Part shown: piece by piece, positions 46,481-57,457 of the stretch
How positions within the stretch are numbered: the first letter of the stretch is position 1
Layout: the number at the start of each line of letters is the position of its first letter
Program-made: the position numbers and the translations under genes
The notes under the pieces: generated by a model
Told to the model about the DNA's origin: nothing
Seen by the model: only the letters and a program-made list of their open reading frames with translations
The model's database searches: none
Source: Candidatus Eiseniibacteriota bacterium
GTDB taxonomy: Bacteria > Eisenbacteria > RBG-16-71-46 > CAVPCR01
NCBI GenBank assembly: GCA_963702435.1
Contig: CAVPCR010000004.1
Location: 160,001-224,000 of the forward strand
Direction: 5' to 3'
DNA length: 64,000 nucleotides

Positions 46481-47080
46481 ATGTCTGAAACGGAGACCGC
46501 GGCGGGCCCCCTGGGCTCGCGCTTTCGCGACGCGCTCGGTGTTGCGCTCGTGCTGCACGGAGCGCAGGTGAAGAAGGGGACGACCGTGCCCTATCTCGCC
46601 CATCTGCTCGCGGTCACCGCGCTCGTCATCGAGCACGGCGGCGACGAGGACCAGGCGGTCGCCGCACTCCTTCACGACGCGATCGAGGACGCGGGCGCCG
46701 ACGTGCGGCCGCTCATCGCGCGCTTCGGGCCGCGGGTGGCTGCGATCGTCGAGGGTTGCACCGACACCGACGTCCAGCCCAAGCCGCCGTGGCGCCCGCG
46801 CAAGGAGGCCTACCTGGCCCACCTGGCCGCCGCACCGGCCGGCGTCGGTCTGGTCGCGATGGCCGACAAGCTGGCCAACGTGCGATCCATCATCGCGGAC
46901 CACCGCGCGATCGGCGATCGGGTGTTCGAGCGGTTCAGCGGCAGGAAGGACGGGACGCTCTGGTACTATCGTGAGATCGTCCGCGTGTGCTCCGGGAAAG
47001 CTCCCGCCACCCTCTTCCTCGAGCTCGAGCGCGCGGTCGCGGATCTCGAGGCCGTCGCCGGCGGAGGACCGGTCCAGTGA
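46481..47080 (+). CDS. HD-domain small alarmone hydrolase (Mesh1/SAH-like)
   Basis: H..Q.KKG..PYLAHL, ALLHDAIED, IVEGCTD, ADKLAN. Confidence 0.88.
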   Translation: MSETETAAGPLGSRFRDALGVALVLHGAQVKKGTTVPYLAHLLAVTALVIEHGGDEDQAVAALLHDAIEDAGADVRPLIARFGPRVAAIVEGCTDTDVQPKPPWRPRKEAYLAHLAAAPAGVGLVAMADKLANVRSIIADHRAIGDRVFERFSGRKDGTLWYYREIVRVCSGKAPATLFLELERAVADLEAVAGGGPVQ

Positions 47081-47982
47081 AGGAACAGGATCGATTTCGT
47101 GGAGCGTTGCTCGGGCTGGCGGCGGGCGACGCCGTCGGGGCGACCCTTGAGTTCTGCTCCCGCGGCAGCGCGGTGCTCACCGACATGGTCGGCGGCGGCG
47201 CCTTCGGGCTCCGGCCCGGCGAGTGGACCGACGACACGGCGATGGCACTTTGCCTCGCCACGAGCCTCCTCGAGAAGAACGGATTCGACGCCGAGGACCA
47301 GATGCAACGCTACGTGCGCTGGTGGGAGACCGGGTACCTGAGCTCGACCGGGACTTGCTTCGACATCGGAAGCACGGTCGAGCAGGCGCTGCGCACGTAC
47401 ATCGACACCGGCGAGTACTTCGCCGGGCCGCGCGGCAAGCGCTCCGCCGGCAACGGCTCGATCATGCGGCTCGCGCCGGTGCCCATGTTCTACTACCCGG
47501 ACGAGGAGGCGGCGATCCGCTACTCGGCGGAGAGCTCTCGGACGACGCACGGGGCGGAGGAGAGCATCGACGCCTGCCGGCTTCTCGGCGGTATGCTCTA
47601 TCGCGCGCTCGCGGGTCGGATGAAGGAGGAAGTGCTCCTCGGGGATGCCGGGTTCCGGGGAGCGGAGAAGATCGCCGCCCTCGCTCGCGGCGAGTATGCC
47701 GCTCTCGCCGCAGACGCGCTCGCCGGCACCGGCTACGTGGTGAAGAGCCTCGAGGCCGCGCTCTGGTGTTTCCACCACACCGACTCGTTCGCCGCCGCGG
47801 TGCTCATGGCGGCCAATCTGGGCGACGACGCCGACACGACCGCGGCGGTCTGCGGGCAGCTCGCAGGAGCTTTCTACGGACTGGAGGGAATCCCTGCGCC
47901 ATGGCGCGAGCAGGTGGCCCGGGCCGGGGAGATCCTCGAGCTGGCCGACCGCCTCCATGCTGCCCGCCCCGCGCGCGGCTAG
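47077..47982 (+). CDS. ADP-ribosylglycohydrolase (DraG/Tri1 family)
   Basis: GTGA overlap; GDAVG, WTDDT, FDIG, GNGSIMR, GDDADTT. Confidence 0.93.
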   Translation: MKEQDRFRGALLGLAAGDAVGATLEFCSRGSAVLTDMVGGGAFGLRPGEWTDDTAMALCLATSLLEKNGFDAEDQMQRYVRWWETGYLSSTGTCFDIGSTVEQALRTYIDTGEYFAGPRGKRSAGNGSIMRLAPVPMFYYPDEEAAIRYSAESSRTTHGAEESIDACRLLGGMLYRALAGRMKEEVLLGDAGFRGAEKIAALARGEYAALAADALAGTGYVVKSLEAALWCFHHTDSFAAAVLMAANLGDDADTTAAVCGQLAGAFYGLEGIPAPWREQVARAGEILELADRLHAARPARG

Positions 47983-48062
47983 CCCGGCCCGCATGCCGCC
48001 CGCCCAGCGCGCCGCCGGCGCGTGCGAGGCGGTTCATTCCGGCCGGGGCGACCCCCGGCCGT

Positions 48063-48922
48063 CTACGGATGCCCGCCGCCGCCGCCACCGCCGCCGCCGC
48101 CGGCGGTGTCGGGCGGGGCATTGGCGGCCCTGAGCGCCTGGCCGACGAGCGAGCCCGTGATGACGTGGAGCGAGTCGAGCTCGGCGACGCGAGGTGAGAC
48201 CGCCGCGACCGTCGCCGGCGGCAGGCCGGCATAGGGCGTCTCGGCCGCGGCGATCGCTGCGCGTATCTTCGCCTGCCGCTCGGGCGGCAGACCGGCGATG
48301 CGGGTCGTGTCGACCCCCATGCGCGTCACGAAATCCGCTCGCCGCCTGCGCACGATCATGTCCTCGATCGTGGCGCTGACCGCGAGGTAGCGCGCGCTGC
48401 TCATCCCGGAGACCTGGGCGCCGTGCTCCAGGCTGGCCATCCGATCGTTGAGCTGCTCGAGCAGCGCCTTCTTCTCCGCCTCGTCCGTCGTGGTTCCCAG
48501 GTCGGTGATGATCTTCTCGACGCGCTCGAGCTCGCCCTTCTGGCCGCGACGATAGGCATCCACGTCGGCCGGCGTGATCACGGCCGGTACGCCGGGGACG
48601 GTGCCTTTCGCCGTCGCGGCGGCGCCCGCGCCCGCGGCGCCCGCGGCGGCAACCCCGGCGTCGCCGGCCGCGGCAGAATCGGCGGCGATCTCCGCGGCGG
48701 GACGAGCGGCAGCCGGGTCGAGGGTCGTTCCCGGCGCGCCGAACTGAGCTCCGGGAACCGCACCCGAATCGGCTCCCGCCCCCGCAGCCCCGGCCCCCGC
48801 CGCCGGTCCCGACTCCGTCGCGGCGCCGGTCGCCGCCGGCTCCGCTTTCTCCTTCCGGCCGCAGGCGAGAGCCGCCGTGGCCACGAGCAGGAACCCGATG
48901 CCGATCCGCAGTGTGTTGCGCA

Positions 48923-48923
<1 letters not shown>
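48063..48923 (-). CDS. Hypothetical lipoprotein with Ala/Gly-rich linker
   Basis: Lipobox ALAC; TGATG overlap with the PFK gene. Confidence 0.7.
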
Positions 48924-50257
<1,334 letters not shown>

Positions 50258-50513
50258 CGGCGTGAACGACTCCTTTCGGTGGCCGGCGGCCGGGGTGCGC
50301 TGCGCAGTGGGTGGCGTGCGGTGCGGGTCGCTCGCTGCGCGGGTGGCGGGCGAGCGTAGCAGGAGGAGACGGCGGGTGTCGAGCCCGGGCGGGCGCATCT
50401 GGGCGGGCGCCGAGTCCAGGACTCAGCACCCGCCCAGGGCCTGGCTCGATCGCTGCTGGTCGGTCCTGACGGCGATGCGGATATGCCCCGAGCGCTGCCT
50501 CAATGCAGCTGCC

Positions 50514-53500
50514 TCATCGCAGCAACAGCATGGTCCGGGACGTCGCGAACCCCCCCGCCTCGAGGCGCAGATAGTAGATCCCCGTCGCCTGCGCCTGACC
50601 CTGCTCGTTGCGGCCGTCCCACACCACCTCGTGCCGGCCAGCGGACACCGCTTCCTGGCGGAGCGTCCGGATGAGGCGGCCGGCGGTGTCATAGACAGCA
50701 AGGTCGACGGGGCCGGCCACCGGCAGTTCGTAGCGTACCGTGGTCGTGCTGTGGAAGGGGTTCGGCACGTTGGCCCCGAGCGTGTAAGCCCGTGGTGTCT
50801 CGGGCACCGCTTCGGCGCCGGCGACGGACAAGGAGCTCGATGCGAAGGGGGAGCCCGCAAAGGCGCCGTCGATCGCCTGGACGCCCCAGAAGTAGTTGCC
50901 GAAGGCCGGTAGCTCGATGGTCCACGATGTGCGCTGCTGTGCATTGCCCAGCTGGACGACGCGCCGGTAGCCGGTCGTGGCATCCGCCATGGCCGGCATC
51001 ACCTGGCAACCGCCAGGCGTCGTGCCGATCAGCAGGTTGTAGGATAGGCCGGATGCGGGCGTCTGGGCGTCGGTGGCGGCGGACCAGTCAAAGGTGACGG
51101 TCAGGCCATCAGGAACGGCCGCGAGGCCGCCCGGGGCGGTGGGCGGGGAGTTCGCCGGGGCGCCGTCGCTCCGGTACACTCGCGTGATGTAGCCCGCGCC
51201 CGTATCCCCCATCAAGAGGAGATCGAGGTCGCCGTCGTTGTCGTAGTCGCCCCACGCTGCTGCACCGCCGGTGACTCCGGGCAGCCCGGCGGCGATGTCG
51301 GTGAAGGCGCCGGCGTCGTTCCGGTACACGCGCGCGATCTTTCCTCCGCTGGCGTTGCCCGCGAGCAGGAGATCGAGGTCGCCATCGTTGTCATAATCCC
51401 CCCACCCCGCCGATCCGTAGGTCACTGCAGGGAGCCCGGCGGCGATGTCGGTGAACGCGCCGGCGTCGTTCCGGTACACGCGCGAGTACTCGGTGCCCGC
51501 CAGCACGAGGTCGAGGTCTCCATCGTTGTCGTAGTCACCCCATGTCGCACCACACGAGCGCAGCCCGGGCAGCCCGGCGGCGATGTCGGTGAAGGTGCCG
51601 GCGTCGTTCCGGTACACGCGCGCCAAAGTCGTGTTTGCGATTCCGGCGAGCAGGAGGTCCAGGTCCCCGTCACCGTCGTAGTCCCCCCAGGCCACCGCGC
51701 TCATCCACACGCCCGGCAGCCCGGCGGCGATGTCGGTGAAGACGCCGGCGTCGTTCCGGTACACGCGCGCGAAGTCTTCGTATTGATCCCTTGTTCCGGT
51801 CAACACGAAGTCCAGATCGCCGTCGTTGTCGTAATCCCCCCATGCCACCGCGCCGTCCCGCGCCCCCGGCAGCCCGGCGGCGATGTCAATGAAGGCGCCG
51901 GCGTCGTTCCGGTACACCTTCGAGATGCTTTGCGGGGACGGGTACCCGGTGAGCAGGAGGTCGAGATCCCCGTCGTTGTCGTAGTCCCCCCATGCCGACG
52001 CGCCTGACAACACACCCGTCAGCCCGGCGCCAATGTCGGTGAACGTGCCGCCCCCCAGGTTCCGATACACGCGCGAGATGATGGCGGAACCGATGTGTCC
52101 GCTCTGCACGAAGTCGAGATCCCCGTCGCTGTCGTAGTCCCCCCACGCCAGCGAGCTCAGCCACGCCCCCGGCAGCCCGGCGGCGATGTCGGTGAAGGTG
52201 ACCGGCGTCTCGAAGATCACCTCCGCCGCGAACGGCGAGCCGGCGAAAGCGCCGTCCAGTGCCTGCACGCTCCAGTAGTACCGCCCCAGCCCTGGCGGCA
52301 ACGTCACCGTCCAGGATGTGCGCTGCTGAGCATTGCCGAGCTGGACCACGCGGCGGTAGCCGCTGCCGGCATCCGCCATCGCCGCTATCACCTGGTTGCC
52401 GCCCGGGGAAGTGCCGATGCGCAGGTTGTAGGAGAGACCAGGCGCCGGGGTCTCGGGATCGGTTGCCGCCGTCCAGCTCAGCGTGAGCTGACCGTCGACC
52501 AGCGAGGCCGAGAGTCCATCGGGCGCGGCCGGCGGCGAGTTGGGCTCGGCGCCGCTGCTGCTGAAGATGCGCGTCAGGCGGAGGGCGCCGTCGTATCCGG
52601 ATAAGGCGATATCGAGGTCGCCATCGCCGTCGTAGTCCCCCCAAGCGGCGGCGGCTTGGTACACGCCCGGCAGCTCAGCAGCGATGTCGGTGAAGGTCCC
52701 GCCGCCGTTCCGGTAGATACGGGTGTGACCAGCAGCTCCATCGTATCCGGTCATCATGATGTCGAGGTCGCCGTCGTTGTCGTAGTCGCCCCAGGCCGCC
52801 GCCGAATAGTAGAGGCTGAGGAGGCCGGCCCCGACGTCGGTGAAGGAGCCGCCATCGTTGCGATAGACCCGCGCCATGCCCCCGGTGCCCGGAGATCCGG
52901 TGAGCAGGAGGTCGAGATCACCGTCGGCATCGTAGTCGCCCCAGGCGAGTGAGCCGACGTACAGGCCGGGCAGGCCGGCCCCGGCATCCACGAACAGGCC
53001 GGCGTCGTTGCGGTAGAGCCGCGTCAGACGCTCGCTGGCCGTGGAACCGGCGAGCACCAGGTCGAGGTCGCCGTCGTTGTCGTAGTCGCCCCAGGCGAGA
53101 GCGGCGTAGAAGACGCCGGGCAGTCCAGCCGCGATGTCGACGAAGGTTCCGGCATCGTTCCGGTAGATGCGTGCGACCCCGGTAGACGCCGGGCCCAGAT
53201 GACCGGCGATCGCGATATCCAGATCGCCGTCGTTGTCGTAGTCGCCCCAGATGGCGGCACCATCGTCGATTCCCGGCAAGCTCGTCGTCACGAGGGCGAA
53301 CGATCCAGCGTCGTTACGATACAGCCGCACGCTGTGCGTGTTGGTGTAGCCTGCCAGGAGCAGATCGAGATCGCCGTCCCGGTCGTAGTCGCCCCAGGCG
53401 ACAGAGGCGGCGCGAGCCCCGTAGACGCCAGGGAGACTTGCTCCGGAGTCCGCAAACGAGCCGCCGTCGTTGCGCAAGAGCCGGCAGGTCCCCCCTGATC

Positions 53501-55100
53501 CGTTGTAGCCGGTCACCACGAGGTCGAGGTCCCCGTCGTTGTCGTAGTCGCCCCAGGCCAGGCTGCCGCGATCGACCGCGGGCAACGTGCCACCGATGTC
53601 GGTGAATTGGACTGCCGTCGGGTTTACATTTGCGGGGGTGCCGCAGCTCGAACTGGCTTGCTGGTCGTCGGTCACAGTCAGAGAAACCGTGTACACGCCC
53701 GGGGCCGCGTAGGTGTGCGTCGGCGCCACGCCCGTGGCGGTGGCGCCATCCCCGAAGGTCCAGGCGTAGGAGACGATGGTGCCGTCGGGGTCGTAAGAGC
53801 CCGCGCCATCGAAGGCGATTGGGGCGCCGACGATGCCCGTGTACGGACCGCCCGCATCGCACACCGGCGGAGCATTCGCCGTGATCGGGACGGTGGTTGA
53901 GCACCCGTGGCATTGACCGCTGCGATCGACCACGATCAAATTGACCCAGAACGTCCCGGCGCGCGCGTAGATGTGCGAGACCTGGGAGCCGAAGTAGGTG
54001 CCGCCGTCACCGAACTCCCAGTAGTACCCGACCACGGCTCCGCCGGGGTCCGGATCGTAGGATCCAGAGCCATCGAACTCGACCGCCGCACCGACCGCGC
54101 CGAAATAGGGCCCGCCGGCATCACAGACCGGTGCCTGACCGCTGCACGGGTTGTCGAGGATCGTGCCACAGGTGGAGACTCCGGGTGGCGGCGGGCCGTT
54201 GATCCCGGCATTGCGCACCACCGCGAAGTCGACGCTGTGGTCTGCAGCAAGCCCGCACCAGCGCAAGCGTGTGGGCAGCCCGATGCCGATGCTCGTATCG
54301 AGCTTCGGCGGCCATCCTGCCAGCTCGATCGATGCCGGCTCCGCGTCGAGCACCTGGAAGACGACTATGCTGTGTATGGCGGGACCATCGGGGAAGGTAC
54401 GATCACCTGCTGGGCTAAGGGCGAGATAACTGTGGCTGGGATTGAAATCCAACATCGCCCCGCTCATTCCCATCGTCGGGCTTGGATCGTGTTCGAGGAT
54501 CTCGACGTTGCGGCTGGCGATCACTCCGATCTCGATCATTGCCGCTTGCGAGTAGCCAGCCACGACGACGTAGAGCGAATCCAACTCCCCGGGCTCGATT
54601 GACTTCTGCTGAACGATGTTGCTGGGGTCAGCCGAGAAGGACAGGGCGACCGTCCCCTCGCACTCATCGGGGAGCATGCCTGACCGAGTGCCCGGGCAGG
54701 CCGGACGCCACCTCCTCTGCTGGAAGATGATCAGGTCATTTACGAATACCTGACCATCGCCGTCGAGATCGGCGCTCAGGCCCGGGCCGGACATCGTCCA
54801 TTGGCGGCCAAACAGCCTGAAGTCCAGCGCATCCGAGTAGCAATCGTGATTGAGCTCTGCGGCGCCGGTGTTGACGTAGCCATCCCGGCCGCAGAACTCC
54901 GCATCTTCCCAGATCAGGTCATGACAGACGAACGGCAGGTCCTCTCCGGGCGCCGGGGCCGGCCATGGGACGCCCGGCTCCAGTTCGGCGGGGAACCAGC
55001 ATTCCGCTCGCGCCGGCGGCTCCGCTGTTGCGGTGGCGAGCCAGGCCGAGGAGACCACGCCGATAAGCAGGCAGATCCGGCGGGCGCGTGCTTCCATCAT
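50514..55100 (-). CDS. Large secreted protein: dockerin/EF-hand-like region, 2 PKD, two (FG-GAP propeller + FN3-like) blocks, FlgD-Ig CTD
   Basis: Signal peptide; DLDGDG; CDAGGPY..FDG.GSYDPD..W.FGDG x2; about 14 WGDYDNDGDLD repeats; VPNPF..WDGRNEQG. Confidence 0.9.
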   Translation of the reverse strand: MMEARARRICLLIGVVSSAWLATATAEPPARAECWFPAELEPGVPWPAPAPGEDLPFVCHDLIWEDAEFCGRDGYVNTGAAELNHDCYSDALDFRLFGRQWTMSGPGLSADLDGDGQVFVNDLIIFQQRRWRPACPGTRSGMLPDECEGTVALSFSADPSNIVQQKSIEPGELDSLYVVVAGYSQAAMIEIGVIASRNVEILEHDPSPTMGMSGAMLDFNPSHSYLALSPAGDRTFPDGPAIHSIVVFQVLDAEPASIELAGWPPKLDTSIGIGLPTRLRWCGLAADHSVDFAVVRNAGINGPPPPGVSTCGTILDNPCSGQAPVCDAGGPYFGAVGAAVEFDGSGSYDPDPGGAVVGYYWEFGDGGTYFGSQVSHIYARAGTFWVNLIVVDRSGQCHGCSTTVPITANAPPVCDAGGPYTGIVGAPIAFDGAGSYDPDGTIVSYAWTFGDGATATGVAPTHTYAAPGVYTVSLTVTDDQQASSSCGTPANVNPTAVQFTDIGGTLPAVDRGSLAWGDYDNDGDLDLVVTGYNGSGGTCRLLRNDGGSFADSGASLPGVYGARAASVAWGDYDRDGDLDLLLAGYTNTHSVRLYRNDAGSFALVTTSLPGIDDGAAIWGDYDNDGDLDIAIAGHLGPASTGVARIYRNDAGTFVDIAAGLPGVFYAALAWGDYDNDGDLDLVLAGSTASERLTRLYRNDAGLFVDAGAGLPGLYVGSLAWGDYDADGDLDLLLTGSPGTGGMARVYRNDGGSFTDVGAGLLSLYYSAAAWGDYDNDGDLDIMMTGYDGAAGHTRIYRNGGGTFTDIAAELPGVYQAAAAWGDYDGDGDLDIALSGYDGALRLTRIFSSSGAEPNSPPAAPDGLSASLVDGQLTLSWTAATDPETPAPGLSYNLRIGTSPGGNQVIAAMADAGSGYRRVVQLGNAQQRTSWTVTLPPGLGRYYWSVQALDGAFAGSPFAAEVIFETPVTFTDIAAGLPGAWLSSLAWGDYDSDGDLDFVQSGHIGSAIISRVYRNLGGGTFTDIGAGLTGVLSGASAWGDYDNDGDLDLLLTGYPSPQSISKVYRNDAGAFIDIAAGLPGARDGAVAWGDYDNDGDLDFVLTGTRDQYEDFARVYRNDAGVFTDIAAGLPGVWMSAVAWGDYDGDGDLDLLLAGIANTTLARVYRNDAGTFTDIAAGLPGLRSCGATWGDYDNDGDLDLVLAGTEYSRVYRNDAGAFTDIAAGLPAVTYGSAGWGDYDNDGDLDLLLAGNASGGKIARVYRNDAGAFTDIAAGLPGVTGGAAAWGDYDNDGDLDLLLMGDTGAGYITRVYRSDGAPANSPPTAPGGLAAVPDGLTVTFDWSAATDAQTPASGLSYNLLIGTTPGGCQVMPAMADATTGYRRVVQLGNAQQRTSWTIELPAFGNYFWGVQAIDGAFAGSPFASSSLSVAGAEAVPETPRAYTLGANVPNPFHSTTTVRYELPVAGPVDLAVYDTAGRLIRTLRQEAVSAGRHEVVWDGRNEQGQAQATGIYYLRLEAGGFATSRTMLLLR

Positions 55101-55328
55101 CCACCTCCATGGTCGAGGATCCACGGCGGCGGGGGTCTCCGGGGACGCGAGCAGGTCGCCGGAGATGCAGCCATCCACCCGCCGCTACTAGAGAAGACGA
55201 TCGAGCGGAGGGAAGGACGGAAGGAAAATGAGGCAGGTGGAGCGGTGCGGGGCGACGCGGCCGCCGGCACCGGGGGTGCTGGGGGATGACCGAGGGGGTG
55301 CTGGGGGACGACCGGGGCGGAGCCGGCG

Positions 55329-55646
55329 TCAGCGCCCGCGGTTCCGCACCTCGTCCTTCTTCGCTTCACCGCGCTCGCGCAGCCGGCGGAGCTCGGGTGC
55401 CAGCTCGTCGCGGATCTTGATCGCCTCCTCCATGTTCCCGGCGGCGGCCGCGGCCTGGAGGCGGGACTTCATGAGGATCTCCTGCTCGGCGATCTTGGCC
55501 TGGGTCTCGCGGTCGATCGCCGCGAGCTCCGCCTTCTGCTCCGCGCTGAGCGCCGGACCGGTGTCTGCCTGGGCGAACCGCTCCATGGCCAGCTCGTAGG
55601 CGCTCTTCATCGGCTTCTCTTCGCCCTTCTTCTCGTCGCTCGGCAT
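55329..55646 (-). CDS. Conserved hypothetical coiled-coil protein
   Basis: GAGGAGG RBS; MKSAYELAMERF..LSAEQK..AKIAEQEI. Confidence 0.75.
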   Translation of the reverse strand: MPSDEKKGEEKPMKSAYELAMERFAQADTGPALSAEQKAELAAIDRETQAKIAEQEILMKSRLQAAAAAGNMEEAIKIRDELAPELRRLRERGEAKKDEVRNRGR

Positions 55647-55741
55647 GGGGCCGCCTCCTCTCCTCGCACCACGGCGGCGACCGGCGCCGCATCGAACACG
55701 CGATGCTACTATACGGCATCCCCACCATTCCGGGAGGACCG

Positions 55742-57427
55742 ATGCCCGAGCACCCGCGCTACGAGGCCGACCGCTTCTACCGTTACGACGAGCTCGTCCG
55801 GTTCCTGCGCGCCGTCCATCGCGCCCATCCCCGTCTCACCCGCCTGACCTCGATCGGACGGAGCTTCGAGGGACGCGACCTCCTGGTCATGGAGGTGACG
55901 GCGCGCGATCGCGGCAAGCCGGAGGAGAAGCCGGCCTACTGGATCGATGCCAACATCCACGCCGCAGAGCTCACGGGCTCGGCGACGGCGCTCTACACGA
56001 TCGACCACCTCACGCGCCGTTACGGCCGCGACCCCGAGATCACGACCCTCCTCGACACGCGCACCTTCTACATCCTGCCCCGCCTCTCGCCGGACGGCGC
56101 CGAGCACTGCCTCACGACGGGCGAGTACGTGCGCTCGAGCGTGCGCCCCTTTCCGTACGACGATATCCCCGAGGGACTCCGGCCGGCCGATCTCGACGGC
56201 GACGGCGAGATCGTGCAGATGCGCGTGCCCGATCCCCTCGGCGAGTGGGCGGTGTCGGACAAGGATCCGCGCCTCATGCGCTGGCGCCGTCCCGGCGAAA
56301 CGGCCGGGACTTTCTACCGCGTCCTCCGCGAGGGCGTCTTCGAGCGCTACGACGGGTTCCACCAGCCGGTGCCGGCGTCGCGCTACGGGCTCGACCTGAA
56401 CCGCAACTGGCCTTACAACTGGGCGCTGCCGCACCGCCAGGGCGGCGCGGGGCCGATGCCGCTCTCCGAGTCGGAGACCCGCGCGGTGGCGGAGTTCATC
56501 GTCGCCCATCCCAACATCACCGGCATCACCGCCTTCCACACCTTCTCCGGGGTCGTCATCCGGCCCTACTCCGACCGGCCCGACAAGGAGATGCCGCCGG
56601 CCGACAAGCTCGTCTTCGAGGCCATCGCCGGGCGCGGGACCAGGCTCTCCGGGTATCCGCTCATCTCCTGCTTCCACAAGTTCACGTACGACGAATCGAA
56701 GCCGATCGTCGGCGTGTTCGACGACTGGGCCTACGATCACCGCGGCGTGTTCTCCTACACGATCGAGCTGTGGAATCCGGCCAAGGCGGCCGGCGTCGAG
56801 GTGAAGGACTACATCGCGTTCCTGAAGGAGCTGCCCGAGAAGGACATGCTCAAGTTCCTCAAGTGGAACGACGCCAAGCTCGGCGGCGAGGGCTTCCGGG
56901 AGTGGACCCCGTTCGAGCATCCGCAGCTCGGCCGGGTCGAGATCGGCGGCTGGCGCTGGCTCCGCGTGTGGTCGAACCCGCCGGCGAAGATGCTCGCCGA
57001 GGTCTGTCGCGCCAACATGTACTTCACACTGGTGCACGCGGCTGCGTCGCCGTGTCTCCGCGTCGCCGAGTTCAAGGCGGAGGAACTGGCGCCGCGGCTC
57101 CGCAAGCTGACGCTCGTCCTCGAGAACACGGGCTTCCTGCCGACCAACGTCACCCAGATCGCTCTCGATCGCCGCCTCGTGCGGCCGGTGATCGTGGATC
57201 TCACCGTGCCGCGCGGCGCGGAGCTCCTGATCGGGAAGCAGCGCACCGAGATCGGGCACCTTGCCGGGACCGGCATCCTCGACGAGTGGGAAAGCTCGCG
57301 CTGGACCGACGGACTCTCGCGGCGGAACCGGGCGCGCGTCGAGTGGCTCGTCCGCGGAGCGGGGCCGCTCGCGGTCGAGGTGAAAAGCGAGCGCGCCGGG
57401 GTGCTGCGAGCGCGGGCGGCCCGCTGA
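55742..57427 (+). CDS. M14 zinc carboxypeptidase
   Basis: GGAGG RBS; IGRSFEGR, HAAE, DLNRNW, PLSESETRA, FHT, TIELW. Confidence 0.92.
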   Translation: MPEHPRYEADRFYRYDELVRFLRAVHRAHPRLTRLTSIGRSFEGRDLLVMEVTARDRGKPEEKPAYWIDANIHAAELTGSATALYTIDHLTRRYGRDPEITTLLDTRTFYILPRLSPDGAEHCLTTGEYVRSSVRPFPYDDIPEGLRPADLDGDGEIVQMRVPDPLGEWAVSDKDPRLMRWRRPGETAGTFYRVLREGVFERYDGFHQPVPASRYGLDLNRNWPYNWALPHRQGGAGPMPLSESETRAVAEFIVAHPNITGITAFHTFSGVVIRPYSDRPDKEMPPADKLVFEAIAGRGTRLSGYPLISCFHKFTYDESKPIVGVFDDWAYDHRGVFSYTIELWNPAKAAGVEVKDYIAFLKELPEKDMLKFLKWNDAKLGGEGFREWTPFEHPQLGRVEIGGWRWLRVWSNPPAKMLAEVCRANMYFTLVHAAASPCLRVAEFKAEELAPRLRKLTLVLENTGFLPTNVTQIALDRRLVRPVIVDLTVPRGAELLIGKQRTEIGHLAGTGILDEWESSRWTDGLSRRNRARVEWLVRGAGPLAVEVKSERAGVLRARAAR

Positions 57428-57457
57428 CTCCCCGGCTGACTCCCCCGCTGATTCCTC
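57423..57457. repeat. 12-13 bp tandem repeat between convergent genes
   Basis: GCTGACTCCCC(C)G x2 plus degenerate third; first unit contains the M14 stop. Confidence 0.75.

Noticed and set aside
50514..53600. Diversity-generating retroelement template/variable repeats
   Set aside because: No reverse transcriptase in the window; repeats are propeller blades with no evident adenine-specific differences.
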